Shown here piece by piece: positions 24,049 to 35,142 of a stretch of DNA of 64,000 bases (its first letter is position 1; each line of letters opens with the position of its first letter). Source of the DNA: Squalus acanthias (lineage: Eukaryota). The translations under genes and the position numbers were made by a program. The DNA lies in contig CM059433.1 in NCBI GenBank assembly GCA_030390025.1, positions 28,088,001 through 28,152,000 on the forward strand. Reading direction: 5' to 3'. The notes below the pieces were generated by a model that was given only the letters and a program-made list of their open reading frames with translations, did not search any database and was not told the DNA's origin.

Positions 24049-24053
<5 letters not shown>

Positions 24054-24077
24054 CATTTCCTGAGGGAACACTACATA

Positions 24078-24507
24078 GAAAAAAAAAACATAGAAACATA
24101 GAATCTAGGAGCAGGAGTAGGCCATTCGGCCCGTCAAGCCTGCTCAGCCATTCAATACGATCATGGCTGATCATCCAAATCCAGTACCCTGTCCCTGCTT
24201 TAATCCCCACAGTACACATATCCCACCCTACCCCCGTAACCCCACGTATTTAATTCCCCCTAACATATCCCATCCTATCCCCATAACCCCACATATTTAA
24301 TCCCCCCTAACACTAAGGGTCAATTTATCATAGCCAAATCAACCTAACCCACACATTTTTGGACTGTGGGAGGAAACCGGAGCACCCGGAGGAAACCCAC
24401 GCAGACACGGGGAGAATGTGCAAACTCCACACAGACAGTCACCCGAGGTCAGATTCGAACCCGGGTCTCTGGCGCTGTGAGGCACCAGTGCTAACCACTA
24501 TGCCACC
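24078..24507 (-). mobile_element. V-SINE (HE1-like) with CR1-derived tail, young copy
   Basis: A box TGGCATAGTGG, B box GGTTCGAATC, V domain TGTGGAGTTTGCACATTCTCCCCGTGTCTGCGTGGGTTTCCTCCGGGTGCTCCGGTTTCCTCCCACAGTCCAAA; almost identical to 53303-53730. Confidence 0.92.
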
Positions 24508-24714
24508 TCCTTCAATTTTCCATTTCTCCTACAATATACAGGCTTTTAATCCCAGGCTTAACATAATCTTCTCATTGCTGCTTGATTTATCTACTCTGCG
24601 GCGCTGAACCTCAGTTCTGCCAAATCTAGTTTCCCATTTCAAAAGCCACTCACTCAGGAATGATTCATTACACACACTTAATATATTTTTTAAAAACTTG
24701 ATATTTATAAATCT

Positions 24715-25460
24715 TATAGCATAGAAGGAAGATATTCAGCCCATCCGACCTGTGCCGGCTCTTTGAAAGAGCTCTCCAATTTGTCCCCACTCCCCTGCTC
24801 TTTCCCCATAACCCTGCAAATTTTTCATTTTCAAGTATATATCCAATTCCCTTTTGAAAGTTACTATTGAATCTGCTTCCACCACCCTTTCAGGCCATGC
24901 ATTCCAGATCATAACTTGCTACATTAAAAAAAGTTCTCATTTCCCCTCTGGTTCTTCTGCCAATCACCTTAAAATCCGTGTCCTCTGGTCACCTGAGGAA
25001 GGAGCAAATCGATAGCTCCGAAAGCTTGTGATTTCAAATAAAACTGTTGGACTATAACCTGGTGTTGTGCGACCTCTCAATTTTGTCCACCCCAGTCCAA
25101 CACCGGCATCTCCGCATCATACCCACCATTCTGCCAGTGGTTTCTCCTTATTTACTTTATGATCATAATTTTGAACACCTCTGTCAAATCTTCTCCTAAC
25201 CACCTTTGCTCCAAAGAGAACAATCCCAGCTCCTCCAGTCTCTCCATGTAACCGAAGTCCCTCATCCCTGGTATCATTTCAGTAAATCTTCTCCGCACCC
25301 TCTCCAGAGCCTCGACTTCCTTCCTAAAAAGTGTGGTGCCCAGAATTGGAGACAATACTCCAGCTGAGGCCTAACCAGTGATCTATAAAAGGTTTAGTAT
25401 AACTTCCTTGCTTTTGTACGCTATGCCTCTATTTTTAAAACCCAGGATCCAGTATGCTTT
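24715..25460 (-). mobile_element. CR1 3' fragment (interrupted at about 24990-25120)
   Basis: ORF 25152-25355 ALERVRRRFTEMIPGMRDF..ERLEELGLFSLE; CR1 3' UTR. Confidence 0.85.
24989..25120 (+). mobile_element. Short Penelope terminal-repeat insertion starting at a hammerhead motif
   Basis: TCAC-CTGAGGA-A-GGAGC-AAATCGATA-GCTCC-GAAA-GCTT-GTGA...TGTTGGACTATAACCTGGTGTTGTGCGAC, near-identical to 2689-2776. Confidence 0.8.
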
Positions 25461-25500
25461 AAAAAAAATTGATGCACAAATGAGGCAGGACTGACATCAT

Positions 25501-25905
25501 AAAACGCTGGAAAAACTCAGCAGGCCAGGCAGCATCTGTGGAGAGAGAAAGAGAGTTAACGTTTCAGGTCGATGACCTTTCGTCAGAACTGTGAAGAGCC
25601 GGAAATCAAATAGATTTAAGGCCAGAGTAAAGCTTTCAGCCTTAATCTGTCACATTAACACCACCTCTAGCCTTGCATATCTCTTAACCTCCCCCTTTGT
25701 TCTTTTATCCCCTCCCCCTTTTCCCAGCTTTACTCTGGCCTTAAATCTATTTGATTTCCGGCTCTTCACAGTTCTGACGAAAGGTCATCGACCTGAAACG
25801 TTAACTCTCTTTCTCTCTCCACGGATGCTGCCTGGCCTGCTGAGTTTTTCCAGCGTTTTCTGTTGTTATTTCAGATTTCCAGCATCCGCAGTATTTTGCT
25901 ATCGT
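25501..25905. mobile_element. Penelope-derived inverted terminal-repeat insertion with hammerheads
   Basis: 134-bp inverted arms 25501-25634 / 25726-25859 (one mismatch seen), 14-bp TSD AGGACTGACATCAT at 25487-25500 and 25906-25919. Confidence 0.85.
25770..25806 (+). ncRNA. Minimal type-I hammerhead ribozyme motif (mirror copy on minus strand at 25554-25590)
   Basis: AGTT-CTGACGA-A-AGGTC-ATC-GACCT-GAAA-CG-TT-AACT: intact cores, stems I and II, palindromic AACGTT stem III. Confidence 0.75.
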
Positions 25906-25952
25906 AGGACTGACATCATGTCGTCCACCTCATTTTCCTGGGTCTCTGCTTG

Positions 25953-25954
<2 letters not shown>

Positions 25955-25988
<34 letters not shown>
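25955..25988. repeat. (GT)n microsatellite
   Basis: Direct observation. Confidence 0.95.
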
Positions 25989-25990
<2 letters not shown>

Positions 25991-26577
25991 GCAAGGGGAG
26001 GCCCGAGGTTTGCCAACTTTAAGTGGGCTGTAAAATTCACACCCAATACCACTATGAACTGAAGATCGGAGAAGAATAAGGCAACAAGCTGACCGAGGTA
26101 GAAAACGGATATGTGTCAGAAAAAGGTGTACATTAAATTTGACTAAACGTTTTTAACAGCGCCCCTCTATTTTCCAGTTGATTCTTGTTCTTTATTAAAA
26201 AAGTTTAAAAAACAGGATGCTTGGGGTTCGGAGGTTTTCACATCAGTCTGACAAGGAGCTAGATACTAGATAATTGTCGCTTCAATCATGGGTGAAGCAA
26301 CAGACTTTAAAAATGTTTTGAAAAGTTAATCGCAGGACTAATTATAGCTACATTCTTGAGGGAAATCGCTAAATCATTTACAATCCATTTTCATTGCTGA
26401 CTGACCCATTGTTTGTTTCCAGCATTTCCTGTCTTTATTTCAGATTTCTATTTGCAGTTTTTCTTTCCAATTCTGCAAGAAAAAACTAACTCAATAAAAA
26501 TGAAATGTTACAATCACAATCCTAATAGCAATATACTTCTAATTGCAAGAAATGACTCCTAGGAGATGGAAAAACAA

Positions 26578-27075
26578 ACTTAGACTGATATGGTGTCTTT
26601 AATGTCCACAGATATCCCAAACCGCTTGGCAGCCAATTACTTTTGAAGTGTGCACAGCAACATCCCGTAAACAGCAAGTCAAGTTAAATAAATGGCTTGT
26701 CTGTTTTTAATGGTAATAAATAAGGGAGAAATGTTGGCCAAGACAGCAGCAGAACTCAGTGTTCTTGGAATAGGGCGAATGGCTCTTTCACAATTGGCCT
26801 GATGAGTCTTCGATTTAGCATCTCATATGAAAAGCAGCACCTCCAGCACTGCACTCAAGTGGAGGTGGAGGTCTAGCTCATCTGCTCAAGTCTCTGGAGT
26901 CTGGCTTGAACCCCCACGACCTTCTGACTCAGAAGGTTCCTACATTACAACAGCGACTACACTTCAAAAGTACTTCATTGGCTGTAAAGTGCTTTGGGAC
27001 ATCCTCAGGTCGTGAAAGGCGCTATATAAATGCAAGCTCTTTCTTTTGAGAGACAAGAGTGCTACCACTGAGCCC
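26578..27075 (-). mobile_element. Old DeuSINE copy containing a younger plus-strand DeuSINE tail (about 26937-27047)
   Basis: Minus-strand SINE head interrupted between CTGACTCAGAAGG and GAGACAAGAGTGCTACC by a well-preserved plus-strand tail. Confidence 0.7.
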
Positions 27076-28601
27076 CACACACGCACCATGGCAAAACATC
27101 TCGTCACAACATATCACTAAATGTGAAAACACCACAGTATAAACAGAATATTGACCAATTCATTTATTGTTGGCCTACGCCATACGAGTAACAGTTTCAT
27201 GTCAAAACTTTCAACAATCCACCATGCTAAAAACACAGAGCTGCGTCTTGGATAGTCAGTAACAGCTATGAGGGCAGACAAGTGCAGAAGTTTGGAAGCT
27301 GACAAAAATAACCACAGCATAACAAACACACAGGTAAAACACCACAAGTGGAACACAGAATAAAATGATGGGCAACTCAAGGGAGCTATGAGATGCAGTA
27401 CTTGGACAGCTGCAGAGTTTTGAAAGGGATGGGGTATAAAGCTAGAAGCCCAGAGTGGAATTGAGCAGTTGGTAGGAGATTAGGATCAGAACTGGACCAG
27501 AAAGAGGCAGTATCCTAATAGGAAAGGCAACAGCACATGAACTTGGGTGTACCATGAGGTATCGCATCACCCCACAAACTCTACATGTGTTCACTGCTCC
27601 TCAAACAGTCGAGTTGTACTTTTAGGTGTCAACTCAGCACGTGTGGATTGTATGGCCTTCTGACCAGACACCTGCCCATCCCATCACACCATCCAACCAT
27701 AGTTTCTGTCTCTGATCAGCTACCTTCAACTTTTCTAGATGCAAGAACTAAAGACAATTTTCCTTACAACTCCCAAAAATGTACCTTCAGTGTGTCATCT
27801 TACCCACCATAATCTGTCTCTTCATTCTCTTGTGTGAGTTCAAAGACCCCCCTCAGGAATCATTCTTCTTGTCCAACTAATTTTCAGCATACATCTGTAG
27901 TACCATAACTTAAATACTTCCAGCTATCTTCTTCCTTCAAAAAAAAGTTCCAGCTACAATTTTTATATTTGTACAAGATAGCCTTGACTAGACGTAGGCA
28001 TTACCAAGTGGTAGCCAGTACAGGTTATGCCTCAATAAGTCAGTCAAAGAACATCCAATAGCAAGGCAGGTAATCAGGATAAGAAATAAGTTAATATTGT
28101 GAAATTGCATGCTCAGTGATTAATCCACAGATAGCTTAATTAATTCATGAAAGAACGTTCACCTCGAAATTAAATTGGGAAGCCATTGTACTTCAAGCAG
28201 CTCAGCCAATGACTGCTGCTTCTGGTCTAAGCTATTGGTGATACACCCAGTGACTACATTATTGAGTGTGTGTCAACAGTTGATTTATGACCAATTACCT
28301 CAGTGGCCAAGTCTGATGAGAGGCTGATCTATTCAATAACTATTACCTGAGCAACTAACTTCTGTAGTGACCGAAAGAGCAGTCAATTTATTCAGATCAA
28401 ATTTATCCTCTGGATCAATAAGAAAGGCATGGAGAACATTGACAATTTCCGACTGGAAATAATTCATTTAGTGCAGTAATTTACAAAAGCCCACGAGTTC
28501 ATGAGGGGAGATTTACAAGAAAATCCAGACAAAGACACTGAAAGCAACTCAAGTATTTGATCATTGGTCAGCTAAGAGCAAGACCAAGGTTGGGGCTACC
28601 A

Positions 28602-29374
28602 TAGGCTGACCAGACGTCCCCGTTTTCTGGGGACAGTTCCCGGATTAGGTACGGTGTCCCTGGGCAAACAATGACTCCTGAAGAGTCCCCGGTTCAGAAA
28701 ACTCGCTCCCATATAAAGTCTTTGTGTTTTTTTAAAACGCGATTGTACAGAAACAGGGTGAAGTGAGATTCTCTGCCAGGAGCCGGTTGAACGGAGACAA
28801 CGATGGCGGCCCTGCTTTCCCACAAGGCAGCGCGGCAGAGAAAAGGCCCCATCAATAGCTCAGGCCGCACTGCACTTTGTGGGATTGAGTCACCTGACCC
28901 CTTGTTTCGGCCAATAGTGACTGGCTGGAGGGCGGAACTTTAGAAAATGTGCGGGAGAAGCCGAGAGCGCAGGAAAAGCTGGTGGGTGAGTGGATTTGCT
29001 TCACCTCAGATTAGCATGGTGCATCATCTTTTTTTTTACTGATTAAGGCAAGCTCTAAATTCTCCCACCGGGAAGAGGTTTCTGATATCAGACAGAGGGT
29101 GTTTCACGCCTTTTCTGGAAAATCGCAGTCTGTTTGGAACAGATTTAAAATGGAGATATTAAAAGTTAGAGTATTTGGGATCAAGTGCAAATGGTACAGC
29201 ACGATTGCCAGAACACACGCAAGATTCGAGATTCGCTGTAAAGTGAAAACGGTGCTGTCTGTACGCGTATTCCACCAGCAGAAGCAACAAAGTCAACATG
29301 CTGGTTTTCTTGAAACGCATCCTTGCTACTCTGCTGTGCTCCCCGGATTCGGTTTCAAAAATCTGGTCACCCTC
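28602..29374. mobile_element. hAT (Blackjack-like) non-autonomous DNA transposon
   Basis: TIRs TAGGCTGACCAGA / TCTGGTCACCCTC, perfect 8-bp TSD GGCTACCA (28594-28601 / 29375-29382), GGGAC/GTCCC subterminal motifs. Confidence 0.85.
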
Positions 29375-30282
29375 GGCTACCAAGTTCTGAGGTACAGGAG
29401 ATACACACTTGGTCACCAAGACTGGACCGGTCAAGTACAGCACGAGGCAGGGTAACAAACAGAAACAGGGACCACGACATCCTGGTAAAAAAAAAGGAGC
29501 AATTGTCAGCTATCCAGTCAGGGGTGTTGCATGTTCAGCTCTCCAGGAGAATCACAGCTCCATGGACAAATGTCAGATCCCAATACAACAGAAAACTGGA
29601 ATGCTGTTATAAGCAGGGAATCTCAACACAAGGTGCCAGTAAATACAAGACCCAAGCAACAGGTCACAGGTGGCAAAGTGCACGATCAGACACCACAGTT
29701 AGATTCACTGCTGGACAAAATAAAACTCAAGGAATTTCTGTTTACATAAAACCCTAAAATCAGTGCTTGTGAAAAAAAGAATGGAAAACTACACATGCAC
29801 AAATGCTGTTTCTTTCAGATTCGACCACTTTTGTCACTTCATTCTGCTTCTCATTTCTGGTTACTAATTATGATTTTATTATGCTTTGATTTTACAGTAT
29901 TATGACTGAAGTTATTTGCTTCCTGTATTTATATTTCCGACTTGTAGGGTGGGAGGGAGGAGGCTTGTGTGGAGCATAAACGTCGGCATAGACCTGGTGG
30001 GCCAAATTGCCTGTTTGAGCTGTAATTTCTACGTAATTAATACTGGAGATAATGTGCACTTCTACAGGGGACAAATACACACACAATCCCCAGGTAATTC
30101 TACGTACACTATGGATTAGTAATCACAGACCCCACATCTAAATTATAATGCTACATAATACTAATAATATGAAAGTGCTGCGTGTAAAGAGTGTTTTAAT
30201 AATGCTTTTAAGAAAACAGTTATTTACTTAGAGAGATCAGTGAGATGGGTGTGCCTGCTTCTCACTGCAGAGTCTGTCTACC

Positions 30283-31256
30283 CTGGGCCTCAGCTATTCA
30301 CAATCTACATCAATGATTTAGATGAGGGGACCAAATGTAATTGATCCAAGTTTGCCAATGATACAAAGCTGGGTGGGAATGTAAGTTGTGAGGAGGATGC
30401 AAGGAGTGTTCAAGGGGATACAGACAGGCTAAGTGAGTGGGCAAGAACATGGCAAATGGAATATAATGTGGAGAAATGTGAAGTTATCCACTTTGGTAGG
30501 AAAAATAGAAAAGCAGAGTTTTTTTTTTTAAATGGTAAGAGATTGGAAAATGTTGGTGTTCAGAGGGATCTGGGTGTCCTTGTACACGAATCACTGAAAG
30601 TTAACATGCAGGTACAGCAAGCAATAAGGAAAGCTAATGGTATATTGGCGTTTATTACAAGAGGATTTGAGTATAAGAGTAAAGATATCTTCCTGCAATT
30701 ATACAGGGTCCTGGTGAGACCACACCTGGAGTATTGTGTACAGTTTTGGTCTCCTTACCTAAGGAAGGATATGCTTGCCATAGAGGGAGTGCAACGAAGG
30801 TTCACCAGACTGGTTCCTGGGATGGGGGCATTGTCCTATGAGGACAGATTAAGTAGACTAGGCCTATATTCTCTGGAGTTTAGAAGAATGAGAGGTGATC
30901 ACATTGAAACATGCAAGTTTCTTACAGGGCTTGACAGGGTAGATGCAGGGAGGATGTTTCCCCTGGCTGGGGAGTCTAGAACTAGGGGTCACAGTCTCAG
31001 AATAAGGGGTTGGCCATTTAGGACTGAGATGAGGAGAAATTTCGTTACTGAGGGTGGTGAAGGCTATGGAGGCTCAGTCGTTGAGTATATTCAAGACAGA
31101 GATCGATAGATTTTTGAATATTAAGGGAATCAAGGGATATGGAAATAGTTCAGAAAAGTGGAGATGAGGTAGAAGATCAGTCATGATCTTACTGAATGGC
31201 AGAGCAGGCTCGAAGGGCCAAATTGCCTACTCCTGCTCCTATTTCTTATGTTCTTA
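30283..31256 (+). mobile_element. CR1 LINE RT end and 3' UTR
   Basis: KFANDTK, ORF 30456-31109 (KCEVIHFG...RPHLEYCVQFWSP), tail CTCCTATTTCTTATGTTCTTAT. Confidence 0.92.
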
Positions 31257-31860
31257 TATGAAAATGACAGTTCATTGCTCTCCCAGACGCTCTCCGTCAA
31301 ATCAGCTCGATTGAATTTGGTTCCTTATTACACCACCATTTTTTGGAAGTAAACCCATTTGGCCAGTTCACTGAATTACTCTTTATTGTACAAAGCAAAA
31401 TCCTTGAATCAAGAGTAAGCGAATGAGCGGCAGCCGGAGAGGGGCTTGGTGCTAGTCAGGAGGCGGGAGTGGAGTACGGCCACCACATGTCCCATAAGGC
31501 TGGACCTGCTCAGTACTCACATTAAGTTGCGGATCCCCTGGAAAGTCTCTACAGACCCCCAGGGATCCGCAGACCCCAGTTTGAGCACATTAATTTGAGA
31601 GACAAACACACAGTCGCAGCACCTTCAAACATTGTGCCTACACTAGCATGCGTCATTGATGGAGTTATCTACATACTAACTCTGGACATGAGCGGACGAG
31701 TCTTCAATACAAGTGACATCAAGTCAAAACCCTGGGATCCTGAGGAAAAAGGTTTATTTTCCAGAATAAAGGCCCATAAACAGTAACGTTGGAGGGAGTT
31801 TAGTTCTTTCAGTTTTAAGTGCAGAGGCCGACACATATCACATTGATCCATCAAAATAGA

Positions 31861-32236
31861 ACAATGTTGTTCAATAGAAATCACTGACTATACACTAATG
31901 TGGTGATTGAGACACCTGTTTTAGCACAACTTTTAGTCGAAAACGCCTTTCACACTATAACTAAAGTACTTCACACTTGTATTTACTTAAACATCTACCA
32001 CCTTTCAGTAACCAAGGAAGTAAAATTTAAAAAATACTCGCACACTCTGTTGGTAAAATGCGAAGATGAAAAGCAAACACACAGAAGGTTAAAGTTCACA
32101 TGCATGCACCATGTGAATAGGAATACAGACCACATGCCATTACTCATTTATAAATTTATGAACCATAAATGCAGTTAGTCACATCCGGATTCCCAATTAG
32201 CCGCATGTGGCTCGTGGCTAACATTTTGGAGAACAA
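31861..32236. mobile_element. MER3-like hAT MITE
   Basis: CAATGTTGTTCAATAGAAA start, TTAGCCGCATGTGGCTCGTGGCTAACATTTTGGAGAACA end; internal similarity to 51640-52135. Confidence 0.55.
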
Positions 32237-32391
32237 TTAAATAGAATATGCTGCCTTTAAAATATGCAATAGAAAGCTCGACACTTTCAGCTGCAGCACT
32301 TGCATTGCAATTGAAAAGTGATTGCTCACAACAGCATGCCACAATCGTTCCTCCTTCACTCAGTTTACATTTTGTACTAATCTACTTGTAC

Positions 32392-32868
32392 AAAAGCAAA
32401 ATACTGCGGATGCTTGAAATCGGAAATAAAAACAGAAAATGCTGGAAACACTCAGCAGGTCAGGCAGCATCTGTAGAGAGAGAGAAAAACAGAGTTAACA
32501 TTTCAGGTTGAGAACTTGCGTCCCATTTGTTCGGACAGCAGGAGCTGGTAATGATTCTATTGCCATTTACAGCTCCTCTCGACCCATCTTTTGTTTCTTT
32601 ATTGTCTCATTACCACCCCATTTTGCCTTGCATCATCATCCCTTTTGTCATTTAATCTCTCCTGCCTTCCAGTCGATCACAGACCTTCCCTTTAGTTCTT
32701 ACCTCCCCTCTCCGCTTTCCCTGCCCCTGTGGTTGCTTAAAAACTGTTACATCCCTAACTTTTCCAGTCCTGATGAAAGGTCATAGATCTGAGACGTTAA
32801 CTCTGTTTCTCTCTCCACAAATACAGTCTGAGCTGCTGACTGTTTCCAGCATTTTCTGTTTTTAATTT
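32392..32868. mobile_element. Older Penelope-derived inverted terminal-repeat element
   Basis: Same inverted architecture as 25501-25905; decayed hammerhead CTGATGA-AAGGTC-ATA-GATCT-GAGAC-GTTAAC at about 32770-32801. Confidence 0.75.
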
Positions 32869-33427
32869 GTATTACATGGATGCTTGGCCCCGCCCCCATT
32901 CTGCGACATGCCATGATGTCATCAGGGCGTGGACAAGCAGCTCACCAATCAGAGTGTCCCATCACACACAAATTAAAATGCCATGAACTTGGTGACGTGA
33001 CCAGAGTTAAATTACAGGCAGCAAGTTACACAGCAGGACTGGCAATAAGTACAATTCTACCACAACGAGCATAACCAATCATAAAACACAGCTGCAAAGT
33101 CTGCACCTTAAAAATCCAATTCAGTCACAAACTTGGACTCTGGATGCACATTTATACCATCATAAGTTATTAATATCACCCTCGTACAACATAACTGGAC
33201 AGCTGAAACTTCACATCAGTCTAGAGTAACAGTGGCTGTTTGACCAAGCAGAATCTGGAAGATTTGTCCTTTCGCATACATCTATGTAAACATTAGCTGT
33301 CACAGGGCAACTATTCATTCATGAAAAATAAGTCAAAACTGTCAGTGATCAGTGCTCTGGTACTGGATGCTGATAAATTAACCAGCACAGTACTGTGTGC
33401 AAACAAATTAACCAAACTGCAACCACA

Positions 33428-33757
33428 ATATAGGAACAGGAGTAGGCCATTCAGCCCCTCGACCCTGTTCCACCATTCATTCAGTGAGATCATGGCCTGA
33501 TCTGCGACCTAACTCCATATACACGCCTTTGCGCCATATCCCTTAATACCTTTGGTTAACAAAAATCTATCAATCTCAGATTTAAAAACAACAATTGATG
33601 TAGCATCAATTGTCATTTATGGAAGAGAGTTCCAAACTTCCACCACCCTTTGAGTGTAGAAGGCTTTCCTAACTTTATTCCTAAAAGGCCTGGCTCTAAT
33701 TTTTAAGACTATGCCCCCTAGTCAGAGACTCCCCATCCAACGGAAATAGTTTCTCTA
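33428..33757 (-). mobile_element. CR1 3' fragment
   Basis: TAGGAACAGGAGTAGGCCATTCAGCCCCTCGA 3' UTR signature. Confidence 0.8.
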
Positions 33758-34649
33758 AAATATGTACAAACTTGTAAAGGTGCAGCGAGTGCAGTCCGGG
33801 TACAAAAGACCTTTTCCAATAGACCAGTCCATAATGATCTCAGCATCTCAGATTTGACAGAGGTTAAATATTAGAATATTGAAATACGGTCACACAAATC
33901 AGCTTTACACCGCACATCTGGAAATGTTAATTTCTCAGAGAAAGTCTATTGTACACAGTGCTGGCATTTAAACTGTCTTGGCATAAGTCAGCCGATAATC
34001 AGGTTTGCTTTCAGAATCGAACGACACCCAGAGAACAGGCAAGAAGGAAGGGATTCCAAACAAATATTTAACTTGGCCTCTTGCTTTGAAAAAGTTCTTG
34101 GTAGAAGAAGAATTGGAAGCCTGAAGTTAAACTGTAAACTATAAAGAAAAGGTTACACTTTCTAGGGTTGCTGTTAGATTGCAGCAATGTAAATAGAATA
34201 GACTGCCCAAGCGAATCTCTCTTTTGTGAAAAGAAATTGGAAAGCAATCTTGTCCACCTACTTAACTGAATAATGGCTGCCGTTTCTTTCACCAAATACT
34301 ACAGCCTTGATCACATATAATGGGAGCCTGAATTGAAGTTGGTTCTTGGATGGCTGCACTTAAATACCAGCAACTGGGATGCACTTTCTATTTGTTTTAC
34401 ACATATTAAAAAAGATCTCTGGAATTGTCCCAGAGGACCCAGATGGTAAACGTGTGACCTGATGAGGATACTGAGGCGCACAGGACAGGAAGGTCACAGG
34501 TTCGATCCCTGGTCTACAACAAGTTAGCTGACCGCAGGCAAGAGCAGCAGCTACAACGGACCGTGCCCTGGCTGGGAGGACCAAAACAACAGCACTTAAT
34601 CACTGCTCAGCAACCAATAATTCAATCATTTGCTGAATGCCCAAGGTTC

Positions 34650-34937
34650 TCTGTAACCTCCTCCAGCCGTACAGTCTTCAGAGATCGCTGTTCTTCCAAT
34701 TCTGGCCTCCCCGATTTTCTTCGCCACACCCTCAGCTACCTAGGCCTCAAGCTCTGGAATTCCTTCCCTAAACCGCGCCACCTCTCTACCTCGCTCTCCT
34801 CCTTTAAAACTTAGCTCTTTGACCAAGCTGTCCCCTAACGTCTCGTGGCTCGGTGTCAAATTTTGTTGATTAGCTCCTGTGAAGCGCCTTGGGACGTTTT
34901 ACTCCATTAAAAGGAGCTATACAAATGCAAGTTGTTG
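34650..34937 (+). mobile_element. L2 3' fragment
   Basis: AAGCTCTGGAATTCCTTCCCTAAACC...AATGCAAGTTGTTG tail. Confidence 0.75.
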
Positions 34938-35142
34938 CTAATGAGCGTTTGTTCAAGATATTGGGGGGGGGGGGGGGGGGGGGTGGAGGGAATGGGATGG
35001 GCAGGTTGCACTTGTATACATCCTAGGAGTCAATGTCTTAAAAAGGAGGAAAGAAAATCGGAGGGAAAAGAAACACATGGAACAGAAAAATGGCCACGAG
35101 AAACATTTGCCGATAAATCAATGATGAAATATTAGATGATAT

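Noticed and set aside
27420..28590. Possible very old LINE relic (KKGMENIDNFR resembles the RT N-terminal motif)
   Set aside because: Single weak motif amid stops; cannot be supported without an HMM search
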